64,000 nucleotides of DNA from Macrostomum lignano (taxonomy: Eukaryota). Positions 47,206-60,029 of this stretch are shown one piece after another. Every line of letters begins with the position of its first letter. Positions within the stretch are counted from its first letter, which is position 1. The DNA lies in the NCBI GenBank assembly GCA_002269645.1, contig NIVC01002157.1:134433-198432 (forward strand), given 5' to 3'. A model generated the notes under the pieces. It saw only the letters and a program-made list of their open reading frames with translations, had not been told where the DNA came from and made no database searches. The translations under genes and the position numbers were made by a program.

Positions 47206-48034
47206 CGAATTATTCTAGGATAAAAGTAAAGTCACAGTGGGTAGGCTTACTAACTGCTCACAGGGTCAGTGAACCCGACTGTCGGGCACATTGTCAGGCA
47301 GTTTTACACAGCCATGTGACGCCACTAATCAGCAGCGACAATAAATCTATAAATTCGCTGGAATTAAATTGAAATCCAAGATAAGTCAGTCTACCCCATA
47401 CCGCCCTCGCACTCCAGTCGGTGGAGCAATACGCTCATAAATCATCCGAACTGGCAGTGCGACCCCCCCCGCAATAATTAATCTGCAGCTACCAAATATT
47501 TCTTCGCGCTGCTCTCGCGACTGGCGAGGCAATAAACTTTCTTTCCCGAAATTCTTTGGCCGCGTCAAAAAAACTGTATCGGCTTTCACTGACAAGCGGC
47601 GGCCTCGCGCGCGCCCAAAAAGAGGAAAAATTCCCCCTGTCAATGTTGTGTTTTGGATTGTTACATATCTCTTCTTGGTCTCTGTGACTGCCTGCCTGTC
47701 TGCCTGTCTTTGCAGCAGGGCAGGGTGGGGTTCAGGAGAGGAAAGCGACAAGGACGCAGACAGGGAAATGATTAACGGGACGGGTCTCCCCAGCTTCATT
47801 TTAGCTTCCAAATTGTGGCCACTCCATCAAACAGAGCCTGAGCCGTTTGACCGATTGAGGCTGGGATGTGGCTCGAGCTGCAGTTTTACCCAGCGACTCG
47901 GCCATTTGTGTAGATGCAGTCTCCCTGAGCTAGCGGCCGCTGTGTGCGTGACAGTCACTACTCTGTCGCTTGTACTTTCTATACATGTGGTGAGCCAGGC
48001 AGTCTTCCCTGACGCCCAGGTAGTCTTCCCTGAT

Positions 48035-49590
48035 GCCCCGCTAGCCTCTCTTGGCGCCCCACAGCCTCTCTTGGCGCCCCACAGCCTCTCCTAGCGCCAC
48101 GCAGCCTCTCTTGGCACCCCGCAGTCTCTCCTAGTGCCCCACAGCCTCTCCTAGCACCACACAGCCTCTCCTAGCGCCCCGCAGCCTCTCTTGGCGCCTC
48201 GCAGCCTCTCTTGGCGCCCCACAGCCTCTCTTGGCGCCACGCAGCCTCTCTTGGCGCCCCGCAGTCTCTCCTAGTGCCCCACAGCCTCTCTTGGCACCCC
48301 GCAGTCTCTCCTAGTGCCCCACAGCCTCTCCTAGCGCCACGCAGCCTCTCCTAGCGCCCCGCAGCCTCTCTTGGCGCCTCGCAGCCTCTCTTGGCGCCCC
48401 ACAGTCTCTCTTGGCGCCCGCAGCCTCTCTTGGCGCCCCACAGCCTCTCTTGGCGCCCCGCAGTCTCTCTTGGCGCCCCACAGCCTCTCTTGGCGCCCCA
48501 CAGCCTCTCTTGGCGCCCCACAGCCTCTCTTGGCGCCACGCAGCCTCTCTTGGCGCCCCGCAGTCTCTCCTAGTGCCCGACAGTCTCTCCTAGCGCCACG
48601 CAGCCTCTCCTAGCGCCGCACAGCCTATCCTAGCGCCCCACAGCCTCTCTTGGCGCCCCACAGCCTCTCTTGGCGCCCCGCAGCCTCTCTTGGCGCCTCG
48701 CAGCCTCTCTTGGCGCCCCACAGCCTCTCTTGGCGCCCCACAGCCTCTCTTGGCGCCCCACAGCCTCTCCTAGCGCCACGCAGTCTCTCTTGGCGCCCCA
48801 CAGCCTCTCTTGGCGCCCCACAGCCTCTCTTGGCGCCCCACAGCCTCTCTTGGCGCCACGCAGCCTCTCTTGGCGCCCCGCAGTCTCTCCTAGTGCCCCA
48901 CAGCCTCTCCTAGTGCCACGCAGCCTCTCCTAGTGCCCCACAGCCTCTCCTAGCGCCACGCAGCCTCTCTTGGCGCCCCGCAGTCTCTCCTAGTGCCCCA
49001 CAGCCTCTCCTAGCGCCACGCAGCCTCTCCTAGTGCCCCACAGCCTCTCCTAGCGCCACGCAGCCTCTCCTAGCGCCCCGCAGCCTCTCGTGGCGCCCCA
49101 CAGCCTCTCTTGGCGCCCCACAGCCTCTCTTGGCGCCCCACAGCCTCTCTTGGCGCCACGCAGCCTCTCTTGGCGCCCCGCAGCCTCTCTTGGCGCCCCA
49201 CAGCCTCTCTTGGCGCCCCGCAGCCTCTCTTGGCGCCTCGCAGCCTCTCTTGGCGCCTCGCAGCCTCTCTTGGCGCCCCACAGCCTCTCTTGGCGCCCCA
49301 CAGTCTCTCTTGGCGCCCCACAACCTCTCCTAGCGCCGCACAGCCTCTCCTAGCGCCCCGCAGCCTCTCCTAGCGCCACGCAGCCTCTCCTAGCGCCCCA
49401 CAGCCTCTCCTAGCGCCACGCAGCCTCTCCTAGCGCCCCACAGCCTCTCCTAGCGCCGCACAGCCTCTCCTAGCGCCACGCAGCCTCTCCTAGCGCCCCA
49501 CAGCCTCTCCTAGCGCCGCACAGCCTCTCCTAGCGCCACGCAGCCTCTCCTAGCACCCCACAGCCTCTCCCGGCGCCGCACAGCCTCCAC
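48035..49590. repeat. 20-bp minisatellite (~77 copies)
   Basis: Unit CAGCCTCTCTTGGCGCCCCA and CAGCCTCTCCTAGCGCCACG variants. Confidence 0.95.
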
Positions 49591-50454
49591 AAAGTTATGA
49601 TCTCATTATTTTGCATCCCCAGTTTCTCGCTACTGCCTCGACTGGCGCCAAAAATCTCCACCAGAGAAAAAAGCCATGACTAAAAGCCAACAAGCAGCCG
49701 CAGCAGCAAAGAATAATTATCACGATTTCCCGCACACACCCGAAGCTCTCCCAACAGGCGGATCTCAGGGTTGAGAGAGTTTTTTTTCCATTATTGAATA
49801 ACGTCTGCGTGACCCAACAAGAGCGAGACCTGGGCTGGATTGATAATACGGCCTTCAGCTTTGAATTCACGGTTGAATTTCGAGAGAAAGGACCGAGACT
49901 TAAGTGGCTCAAGGCCGGCCAGTCGAAGTATAGCTCAGAGTTCTTTCTGTTGCTGCAAAAGCAAAAAATTGCCAAGGCGACTCCTCCCTCTACCCTGCTG
50001 TCAGCTGTCAATCAAATTATCAAAGACAGATGAATGAATGACTGCAATGACGACGGGCTGAGAGAGGGGAGGAAAATGGGAAATAATATGAGCCATGCCC
50101 CCCTTATCCCCCCGCGAACTCAGTTGTAATACTCGTATCCTATATATTAGTAATACGATTTGAGACTTGTACGAGATGCCAGATTTCTATATCAGTTTAA
50201 GCAGGCCTTTTTTGGATTTCTAGCAATCATCATCAATCTCCTGTTTGTCTGGCTCCCCTCCCGCTGCTGCGAGTTTGCTTTCGCAATGTTGACTCTCAAG
50301 CCGCATTCTCTGCTTCCGTCAAGACAGGGCAGGACTGTATAGGCTCTGGTGAGCTCCTGCATGTTTGCTTTTCAAAGATGGGCTCAGTGTGAATAGGAGA
50401 AGGAATGGTAATTGGCATTGCCTATCGCAGCCCATCATTGTGCAGGATGTCTCA

Positions 50455-51200
50455 GGGTGTCAGGGTTCCAGGAGTCTCTGACGAGGGGTGTCAGGGTTCC
50501 AGGAGTATCTGACAAGGGGTTTCAGGGTTCCAGGAGTATCTGACGAGGAGTGCCAGGGTTCCAGGAGTCTCTGACGAGGAGTGCCAGGGTACGAGGAGTC
50601 TCTGACGAGGGGTGTCAGGGTTCCAGGAGTCTCTGAAGAGGGGTGTCAGGGTTCCAGGAGTATCTGACGAGGGGTGTCAGGGTTCCAGGAGTCTCTGACG
50701 AGGAGTGTCAGGCTCTCAATGCTGAACTAGATCTCATTCTAGTGAGGGTGTCAGGCTCTCACTCTAGTGAGGGACGTCAGGCTCTCACTCTAGTGGGGGA
50801 TGTCAGGCTCTCACTCTAGTGGGGGATGTCAGGCTCTCACTCTAGCGAGGGATGTCAGGCTCTCACTCTAGTGGGGATGTCAGGCTCTCATTCTAGTGAG
50901 GGTGTCAGGCTCTCACTCTAGCGAGGGATGTCAGGCTCTCACTCTAGTGGGGGATGTCAGGCTCTCACTCTAGTGAGGGATGTCAGGCTCTCACTCTAGT
51001 GGGGGATGTCAGGCTCTCACTCTAGTGGGGGATGTCAGGCTCTCACTCTAGTGAGGGATGTCAGGCTCTCACTCTAGTGGGGGATGTCAGGCTCTCACTC
51101 TAGTGAGGGATGTCAGGCTCTCACTCTAGTGGGGGATGTCAGGCTCTCACTCTAGTGGGGGATGTCAGGCTCTCACTCTAGTGGGGGATGTCAGGCTCTC
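50455..51200. repeat. Two abutting minisatellites: 32-bp (50455-50705) and 26-bp (50725-51200), sharing a TGTCAGG core
   Basis: Units GGGTGTCAGGGTTCCAGGAGTCTCTGACGAGG and GATGTCAGGCTCTCACTCTAGTGGGG. Confidence 0.9.
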
Positions 51201-52064
51201 TAAAGAGATTTCTAAAGGTCAAATATGACGTTTGTATATTAAATTGCACTGAGCACAAAGTAAATAAAATTAGCTACTAACAGTATGTACATATGGCTTG
51301 TGAAACCTGGACTCATTTTTCAATCACAGACGTGCAAAAAAGGCCAAGTCGTAAAATTTAACTGAATGCAACAATAGTATATATCAATTTCTTTTTTCCA
51401 GAAAATGCTTCTGGTCAGGGATGAAACAATAGAATGATGGGAGACTAAACCAATCGGGATACAAGGGGTTCAAATCAGAGCAGAGATGTATAGTCAAGAT
51501 TCATCTTGTCAGGCAAATTAAAATATTTCGGGCAAATTTATATAATTTAACAGTTTTAAGCGAATAGAATGCTACTAGACCGTCAGTAGGATGGAGCGGA
51601 TATTATATGGAAAAAAATAAATTATCAAGAGTATAAACGGAAGGAGAAATGAGTCGAAAAATAGTAGTTTAATATTAAATAAATAGACCACGGTATGTGC
51701 AGGTAATAAAATTTGAGAGACAGTCTTGCAGAACAGCAACAGCCAGCATGGGTAAATAAAAACAAATTAATTATTTATTCTGAACAACGGTGAAAGCATT
51801 GAAAATTCGAATCTCAGAATCATAGGTCTGACTGCAGTCTAATCTGACAGCTAATGTCAGTACATACACGTACTTGCACATCACACACAGATGAGCAGGT
51901 GTATGTCAGTACAGCAACTTCTACAAATAGCACCAGTGGATTGTAGGCTATTATATGTAGCATTATTGTCCATCAAAGCAGGCCCGATGATAAATAACCT
52001 GCTAATCCTTTTTCCTTTAAACTGCGATAAACCTCGAGAACAATTTTTCTGCACCTCATAACAG

Positions 52065-52715
52065 TGTACATTCATTATATTATCGATCTAATTTTCTCTA
52101 CCTTTCGTAACAGTGTGCATTCATTATATTATCGATCTAATTTTCTCTATCCCTCATAACAGTGTACGTTCATTATATTATCGATCTAATTTTCTCTATC
52201 CCTCATAACAGTGTACGTTCATTATATTATCGATCTAATTTTCTCTACCTCTCGTAACAGTGTACATTCATTATATTATCGATCTAATTTTCTCTACCTC
52301 TCGTAACAGTGTACATTCATTATATTACCGATCTAATTTTCTCTACCCCTAATAATGTACATTCATTATATTATCGATCTAATTTTCTCTACCTCTCGTA
52401 ACAGTGTGCATTCATTATATTATCGATCTAATTTTCTCTATCCCTCATAACAGTGTACGTTCATTATATTATCGATCTAATTTTCTCTATCCCTCATAAC
52501 AGTGTACGTTCATTATATTATCGATCTAATTTTCTCTACCTCTCGTAGCAGTGTACATTCATTATATTATCGATCGAGTTTTCTCTACCCCTAATAATGT
52601 ACATTCATTATATTATCGATCTAATTTTCTCTACCTCTCGTAACAGTGTGCATTCATTATATTATCGATCTAGTTTTCTCTACCCTTAATAATGTACATT
52701 CATTATATTATCGAT
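52065..52715. repeat. 49-bp minisatellite (~13 copies)
   Basis: Unit CATTCATTATATTATCGATCTAATTTTCTCTACCTCTCGTAACAGTGTA. Confidence 0.92.
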
Positions 52716-52979
52716 CGAATTCTCTCGGATTTTCTGCCCTTTTTGCTTGTTTTCTCCTATTCATTTCAACTATTGCTACGCTCGTACATCACTTGTTAAG
52801 ATCCATTCGATTTGATACGTCGATTTGTCAAAGTTATTAAATGGTTTGCGAAGGTGCTCCACTCTAGACGCCTATCTCCTTAGCGACGGCTTCCAGTCCA
52901 CTGTTGCTATGTATAGAAGTCCCTGGTCAGTCTTACTCATAGTCAGCTGTTCAGTTCGCCTGTCACTCAGTCAGTCCGG

Positions 52980-53119
52980 TCAGCCCTGGGAGTCCAGCCG
53001 CGGGTCCATGCTGGGCCGCAGCAACAGGCTGCCCTCAACCCAGTCATTTGGTTTCTCCAGCATCCGGGTCCACATCAGCGACTCGTGGCCACGAGCGTCC
53101 ATGCAGGGGTAGCTGCGGT
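52980..53119 (-). CDS. SYTL: Synaptotagmin-like protein (Slp/bitesize type), last exon, C2B C-terminus
   Basis: atacag|AC, phase 1; MDARGHESLMWTRMLEKPNDWVEGSLLLRPSM then stop, a typical Slp end. Confidence 0.87.
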
Positions 53120-53261
53120 CTGTATGGCATGGGGGTTGTTTTTGGAAACAGAGCCACAGAAGTAACCCACAACAAAGCAAAAATTCAGAGATCTTTCAAA
53201 CTTTTCTTTACCAAAAAAGCAGCACGGACGGAAAATACTCCAAAGCTACTCAAAAGAAGTA

Positions 53262-55765
53262 ACTATGGGAAGCTACCCGGAAGCTACCCAGAAGCTACAC
53301 AGAAGCTACCAGGAAGCTATCCAGAAGCTACCTAGAAGCTACCCAGAAGCTACCCAGAAGCTACCAGGAAGCTACCCAGAAGCTACCCAGAAGCTACCTA
53401 GAAGCTACCCAGAAGCTACCAGGAAGCTACCCAGAAGCTACCTAGAAGCTACCTAGAAGCTACCCAGAAGCTACCCAGAAGCTACCTAGAAGCTACCTAG
53501 AAGCTACCCAGAAGCTACCCAGAAGCTACTAGGAAGCTACTAGGAAGCTACTCAGAAGCTACCAGGAAGCTACCCAGAAGCTATCCAGACGCTACCAGAA
53601 GCTACCTGGGAGTTACCCAGAAGCTACCTGGGAGTTACCCAGAAGCTACCAGGAAGCTACCCAGAAGCTATCCAGAAGCTACCCAGAAGCTATCCAGAAG
53701 CTACCCAGAAGCTACCTGGGAGTTACCCAGAAGCTACCCAGAAGCTACCAGGAAGCTACCCAGAAGCTATCCAGAAGCTACCCAGAAGCTACCTGGGAGT
53801 TACCCAGAAGCTACCAGGAAGCTACCCAGAAGCTACCCAGAAGCTACCAGGAAGCTACCCAGAAGCTACCCAGAAGCTACCTAGAAGCTACCCAGAAGCT
53901 ACCAGGAAGCTACCCAGAAGCTACCCAGAAGCTACCTAGAAGCTACCTAGAAGCTACCTAGAAGCTACCCAGAAGCTACCCAGAAGCTACTAGGAAGCTA
54001 CTAGGAAGCTACTCAGAAGCTACCAGGAAGCTACCCAGAAGCTATCCAGACGCTACCCAGAAGCTACCTGGGAGTTACCCAGAAGCTACCAGGAAGCTAC
54101 CAGGAAGCTACCAGGAAGCTACCCAGAAGCTACCCAGAAGCTACCAGGAAGCTACCCAGAAGCTATCCAGAAGCTACCCAGAAGCTACCTGGGAGTTACC
54201 CAGAAGCTACCAGGAAGCTACCCAGAAGCTACCCAGAAGCTACCTAGAAGCTACCCAGAAGCTACCCAGAAGCTACTAGGAAGCTACTAGGAAGCTACTC
54301 AGAAGCTACCAGGAAGCTACCCAGAAGCTATCCAGACGCTATCCAGAAGCTACCTGGGAGTTACCCAGAAGCTACCAGGAAGCTACCCAGAAGCTATCCA
54401 GAAGCTACCCAGAAGCTATCCAGAAGCTACCCAGAAGCTACCTGGGAGTTACCCAGAAGCTACCCAGAAGCTACCAGGAAGCTACCCAGAAGCTATCCAG
54501 AAGCTATCCAGAAGCTACCCAGAAGCTACCTGGGAGTTACCCAGAAGCTACCCAGAAGCTACCAGGAAGCTACCCAGAAGCTATCCAGAAGCTACCAGAA
54601 GCTACCTGGGAGTTACCCAGAAGCTACCAGGAAGCTACCCAGAAGCTACCCAGAAGCTACCAGGAAGCTACCCAGAAGCTACCCAGAAGCTACCTAGAAG
54701 CTACCCAGAAGCTACCAGGAAGCTACCCAGAAGCTACCCAGAAGCTACCTAGAAGCTACCCAGAAGCTACCCAGAAGCTACCACGAAGCTACCCAGAAGC
54801 TACCCAGAAGCTACCAGGAAGCTACCCAGAAGCTATCCAGAAGCTACCCAGAAGCTACCTGGGAGTTACCCAGAAGCTACCAGGAAGCTACCCAGAAGCT
54901 ACCCAGAAGCTACCTAGAAGCTACCTAGAAGCTACCCAGAAGCTACCCAGAAGCTACTAGGAAGCTACTAGGAAGCTACTCAGAAGCTACCAGGAAGCTA
55001 CCCAGAAGCTATCCAGACGCTACCCAGAAGCTACCTGGGAGTTACCCAGAAGCTACCAGGAAGCTACCAGGAAGCTACCAGGAAGCTACCCAGAAGCTAT
55101 CCAGACGCTACCCAGAAGCTACCTGGGAGTTACCCAGAAGCTACCAGGAAGCTACCCAGAAGCTATCCAGAAGCTACCCAGAAGCTACCTGGGAGTTACC
55201 CAGAAGCTACCAGGAAGCTACCCAGAAGCTACCCAGAAGCTACCTAGAAGCTACCTAGAAGCTACCCAGAAGCTACCCAGAAGCTACTAGGAAGCTACTA
55301 GGAAGCTACTCAGAAGCTACCAGGAAGCTACCCAGAAGCTATCCAGACGCTACCCAGAAGCTACCTGGGAGTTACCCAGAAGCTACCAGGAAGCTACCAG
55401 GAAGCTACCAGGAAGCTACCCAGAAGCTACCAGGAAGCTACCCAGAAGCTATCCAGAAGCTACCCAGAAGCTACCTGGGAGTTACCCAGAAGCTACCAGG
55501 AAGCTACCCAGAAGCTACCTAGAAGCTACCTAGAAGCTACCCAGAAGCTACCCAGAAGCTACTAGGAAGCTACTAGGAAGCTACTCAGAAGCTACCAGGA
55601 AGCTACCCAGAAGCTATCCAGACGCTACCCAGAAGCTACCTGGGAGTTACCCAGAAGCTACCAGGAAGCTACCCAGAAGCTATCCAGAAGCTACCCAGAA
55701 GCTATCCAGAAGCTACCCAGAAGCTACCTGGGAGTTACCCAGAAGCTACCAAGAAGCTACCCAGA
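53262..55765. repeat. 11-bp minisatellite (~225 copies, CTACCCAGAAG) filling the last SYTL intron
   Basis: Tandem periodicity with variant units. Confidence 0.97.
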
Positions 55766-55857
55766 CACCATCAGCAGAAGCCATCAAAAAGTCACCCAGA
55801 AGTCACCCCCTAGCAACTAAAGCCAGTGTGTTTCTGCCGCTACGGTCAGTCGCTCAC

Positions 55858-56084
55858 CCCCAACGTTGAGGCGCACGCCGCCCAGGAAGTCGTTTCGACC
55901 GATTTTGACATGGTCCCAGACCGTCAGCTCCAGCGACCGGCCTTTCAGGTCACGCAGAGAGATATTCTCGAATGCCAGTATGGAGTTGAAGTTCGGATTC
56001 ATGTCGCCTTTAACTATGGCGGATTTCTGCTTCACCCGGCTGCTTCTGGTGGCCCGGCTGTCCGGGTCCGGGTTGATCAGGTAG
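55858..56084 (-). CDS. SYTL: Synaptotagmin-like protein, C2B exon
   Basis: cccacag|C...GGG G|gtgagc; KQKSAIVKGDMNPNFN...LELTVWDHVKIGRNDFLGGVRL. Confidence 0.92.
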
Positions 56085-56194
56085 CTGTGGGAGTCAGGAT
56101 TCGGAAGTTGCAGATCCCATGGTCACTCTCATGCTGAGCTTCCGGGATGTGAGGTTTGAGGGTTTATAGATTTGAGGATGAGGCTTAGATGAAA

Positions 56195-56985
56195 CGAGAC
56201 TTTGAGGATGTGAGACTTTGTTGAAGGATGCGAGACTTTGAGGATGTGAGACTTTGTTGAAGGATGCGAGACTTTGAGGATGTGAGACTATGAGGATGTG
56301 AGACTTTGAGGATGTGAGACTATGAGGATGTGAGACTATGAGGATGTGAGACTTTGAGGATGTGAGACTTTGTTGAGGGATGTGAGACTTTGTTGAGGTA
56401 TGTGAGACTTTGAGGATGTGAGACTTTGTTGAAGGATGCGAGACTTTGAGGATGTGAGACTTTGTTGAAGGATGCGAGACTTTGAGGATGTGAGACTATG
56501 AGGATGTGAGACTTTGAGGATGTGAGACTATGAGGATGTGAGACTATGAGGATGTGAGACTTTGAGGATGTGAGACTTTGTTGAGGGATGTGAGACTTTG
56601 TTGAGGGATGTGAGACTTTGAGGATGTGAGACTTTAAGGATGTGAGACTATGAGGATGTGAGACTATGAGGATGTGAGACTTTGAGGATGTGATACTTTG
56701 TTGAAGGATGCGAGACTTTGAGGATGAGACTTTGAGGATGTGAGACTTTGAGGATGTGAGACTTTGAGGATGTGAGACTTTGAGGATGTGAGACTTTGAG
56801 GATGTGAGACTTTGAGAATGTGAGACTTTGAGGATGAGAGACTTTGAGGATGTGAGACTTTGAGGATGTGAGACTTTGAGAATGTGAGACTTTGAGGATG
56901 AGAGACTTTGAGGATGTGAGACTTTGAGGATGTGAGGCTTTGTTGAGGGATGTGAGACTTTGAGGATGTGAGACTTTGAGGATGG
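56195..56985. repeat. 16-bp minisatellite (GAGGATGTGAGACTTT)
   Basis: Intronic tandem array. Confidence 0.92.
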
Positions 56986-57079
56986 CCGCCTTCAAAAAGT
57001 CAAGATGTCACAACATTCATAACATTGTTATGAAATTCTAAATCAAATTTGAAGCGACGAACCCCCCCCCCCCGCTCAC

Positions 57080-57426
57080 CCTTTGACGTAGGGCGAGGCG
57101 CCGCTACCGGAACCGGCCAGGTTGCGGCAATTCTGCACCCACACTTCCAGGCGCCCGCCGACCGGCTTGCGATCGTTGTGCTCAACTTTGCTGTTTGAGT
57201 CGTCCCTGGCCAGTTGGTTGGCTTTGATTAGCTCCCCGCTGACGTACCGGAGTGCCAGCATAATGTCGCCGCGGTACATCAGAGTCGGCAGCGGCACGGG
57301 AATTTCAACTCGCCTACCCAGATGGAGCACCTGAGGCCCGCCGTCGAAGCGGTAGTTCTCCATGGCGATGCGGGCCTCGCCAAGGAATACGTTCGAACCG
57401 AAGGTCAGGCTGTGCCACACAGACAC
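57080..57426 (-). CDS. SYTL: Synaptotagmin-like protein, C2A end / C2B start exon
   Basis: cccgcag|GTG...GG|gtgagc; VSVWHSLTFGSNVFLGE, YRGDIMLALRYV, GRLEVWVQNCRNL, PYVK. Confidence 0.92.
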
Positions 57427-57454
57427 CTGCGGGAGAGGTTTAGACAGGCTGAAG

Positions 57455-57700
57455 AGTCACAGCTGAGTCACAAGGTGGGGAGCCACTCACAGCTGAGTGA
57501 CAGGGTGGGGAGTCACTCACAGCTGAGTGAAAGGATGGGGAGTCACTCACAGCTGAGTGACAGGGTGGGGAGTTACTCAGGGTGGGGAGTCACTCACAGC
57601 TGAGTCACAGGGTGGGGAGTCACTCACTGAGTGAAAGGCTGAGTGAAAGGATGGGGAGTCACTCACTGTTAATCAGCTGTGAGTGACTCCCACCCTGTCA
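57455..57700. repeat. 30-bp minisatellite
   Basis: Unit GGGAGTCACTCACAGCTGAGTGACAGGGTG. Confidence 0.85.
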
Positions 57701-57819
57701 CTCACAGCTGATTAACAGGATGGGGAGTCATTCAAGCGTGAGACGGGCAAGTTAGAAGGCAGCAGCTTCCAGAACCGGTGACCCCCCCCCCCCCCAGCCC
57801 AAAGCCCCAGGCCAGCCAC

Positions 57820-58143
57820 CTGCAGAGTCCGGGTCTCCAGCTCGCTCTTGACAATATCGTAGACCAGCTGCTCGCTGTAGATGGGGTTGGCCGTGGCCCT
57901 CCTGGTCTGGGTCCGCCGCTTGGACCGCTTGGTCTTGTCCGGCAGCAGGTAGGTCTTCACGTACGGATTCGGCGGATTGCCGTCTAGCGCGTGCAAATTG
58001 CGGCACTGCACTACATTAACGGTGAAGCGGCGCTCTTTGTAATTGTACTGCAGGTTGACCTCGACCTCGCCGCTCGGCTCCGGAACGTGAGAGTAGGAGG
58101 CCTCGTTCTCGCTCACGTTGCTGGCCAGAGACTCTCGGCTAGC
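57820..58143 (-). CDS. SYTL: Synaptotagmin-like protein, C2A exon
   Basis: acctcag|GCT...CAG|gtggct; GEVEVNLQY, NPYVKTYLLPDKTKRSKRRT, ELETRTLQ. Confidence 0.93.
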
Positions 58144-58279
58144 CTGAGGTTAAGAAGGAGCCGGCCGGTTTGTTTGGACAGATTATCTTAGAATTCACTT
58201 AAAACTCGTAAAATTATTTTCTCAAAATTTCTTTTAACTCCATCCCTCATTCTTTAACCATCCAATCCATTCCTTGTCC

Positions 58280-58770
58280 ATCTGCACCCCCCTCTCGGAA
58301 CAGCCACCTAACTCCCTGCCCATCTGCACCCGTCTGTCGGAAAAGCCATCTCACTCCCTGCCCAACTACACCCCTCACTCCACTCGGAACAGCCACCTAA
58401 CTCCCTGCCCATCTGCACCCGTCTGTCGGAACAGCCACCTAACTCCCTGCCCATCTGCACCCGTCTGTCGGAACAGCCACCTAACTCCCTGCCCAACTGC
58501 ACCCTTCTCTCGGTACAGCCACCTCACTCCCTGCCCATCTGCACCCCTCTCTCAGAACAGCCACCTAACTCCCTGCCCAACTGCACCCTTCTCTCGGTAC
58601 AGCCACCTCACTCCCTGCCCATCTGCACCCCTCTCTCAGAACAGCCACCTCACTCCCTGCCCAACTGCACCCCTCACTCCACTCGGAACAAGCCACCTCA
58701 CTCCCTGCCCATCTGCACCCCTCTCTCGGTACAGCCACCTCACTCCCTGCCTATCTGCACCCCTCGCTCA
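58280..58770. repeat. 42-bp minisatellite
   Basis: Unit CCCTGCCCATCTGCACCCGTCTGTCGGAACAGCCACCTAACT. Confidence 0.88.
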
Positions 58771-58940
58771 GCCGTGCTGACTCAGACAGGTTTAAAATCG
58801 CTCGTCAAATACCAAATTCAAGACACAGTAGTCAATAAAAAAACGGTCGTAAAAACACGGGAAAGCAAAGTTAAAAACTGTTTTATAGGATTTTAAAAAC
58901 ACGTCCGGTGAGCTAAAAGAAGCAAAATTAAGAGACGAAC

Positions 58941-59339
58941 TCGCAGAACCGCGGGCAGCGCCATGAAGCAGGACTTGCTGGGCAGGTTGCCGATACTCGA
59001 ACTTCGACGTCGTTGATTTCGACAGTCGCTGCTGTCGTCAACGCCGTCCTCGCCGCCGCCGCTGCCGGTCGATGCGTCGGCATTCGGCAGCGGCAGTCGC
59101 AGTCGGTTCATAAAGGCGTTAGAGAGGCGTCGAACGCCAGAAACCTCGGGCGACTTTGCCCGCGCCGGAGACGCGTCGCTGGCAGCCGCCGATGCTGCGG
59201 CAGCCAGCGGCAAGTCCGGACAGGACGAAGAGGCCCGTCGCTGGGTGTAGCCGATGAGGAACTGCTGCAGGGTGCTGGCCGTGTTGAACACGTCCGTCAG
59301 GGACAAGCTCGACTCATCTTTGCCGTTGGATTCGATCGG
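58941..59339 (-). CDS. SYTL: Synaptotagmin-like protein, linker exon
   Basis: Open 133-codon, phase 0-0 exon with Ser/Ala low complexity; splice sites (aag|, |gttcgt) less certain. Confidence 0.65.
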
Positions 59340-59801
59340 CTTATCGTTGCGAAATTGCGTTATTGATTTTTTGTTAATATGCTGACACTATGGGCGCTAT
59401 TTTAAATTACTATAAATTCGGCCAAGTACTAATTAATAAGTGTTAGTCAAGCAGCCAGAGAAGCGGTTACAAGTTTAATTTGTTATAATGGTTACGGAAA
59501 CTCCATCTGAAATTTTAAAACAGCCAAGTGAAGCCGGAAATACCAGAAACACCGTTGATTCACCGGGCACCACTGCCAGTCCTGACAGCAATTTTGACAC
59601 CCCTGACTGACAACCCCTGAGACTCTTGACAGACCCGACTGACAACCACTGACTCCTACTGACACTCCTGACACCTACTGACACTCCTGACTCCTACTAA
59701 TACTCTTGACAACAACTTACAACCCAGATAAAATGTTGGTAATCAGAAAAAACTTCGAGCAGCCGGTTGCAGAAAGACAAAGCGGATTTCGCCGCGCTCA
59801 C

Positions 59802-59969
59802 CGTATCTGCCATCATCAGGTTGCCGCCCCGTCTGGGCTGCCGAAAGCCCCCAAGTTCCGAGCCAGGAGTCGAGCCGAAGCTGCCAGCGCGCATGGCCTG
59901 CTCAATCAGGATGCCGCCATTGTCCAGTTCGTCCAGGTTTTGACCGGCCATGGACACGGAGTCGTCCGG
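59802..59969 (-). CDS. SYTL: Synaptotagmin-like protein, linker exon
   Basis: ctgcgcag|CCG...ACG|gtgagc; 56 codons, phase 0-0. Confidence 0.72.
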
Positions 59970-60029
59970 CTGCGCAGTTCAAAATTCAGATTTAAATTTT
60001 TTTAATTTACCATTGAAAAACCGACACCG

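Noticed and set aside
47950-49775. Two-exon Cys-rich ORF spliced across the 20-bp array (GRCVRDSHYSVACTFYTC|VSRYCLDW...)
   Set aside because: Splice sites are plausible, but there is no start codon or recognisable domain.
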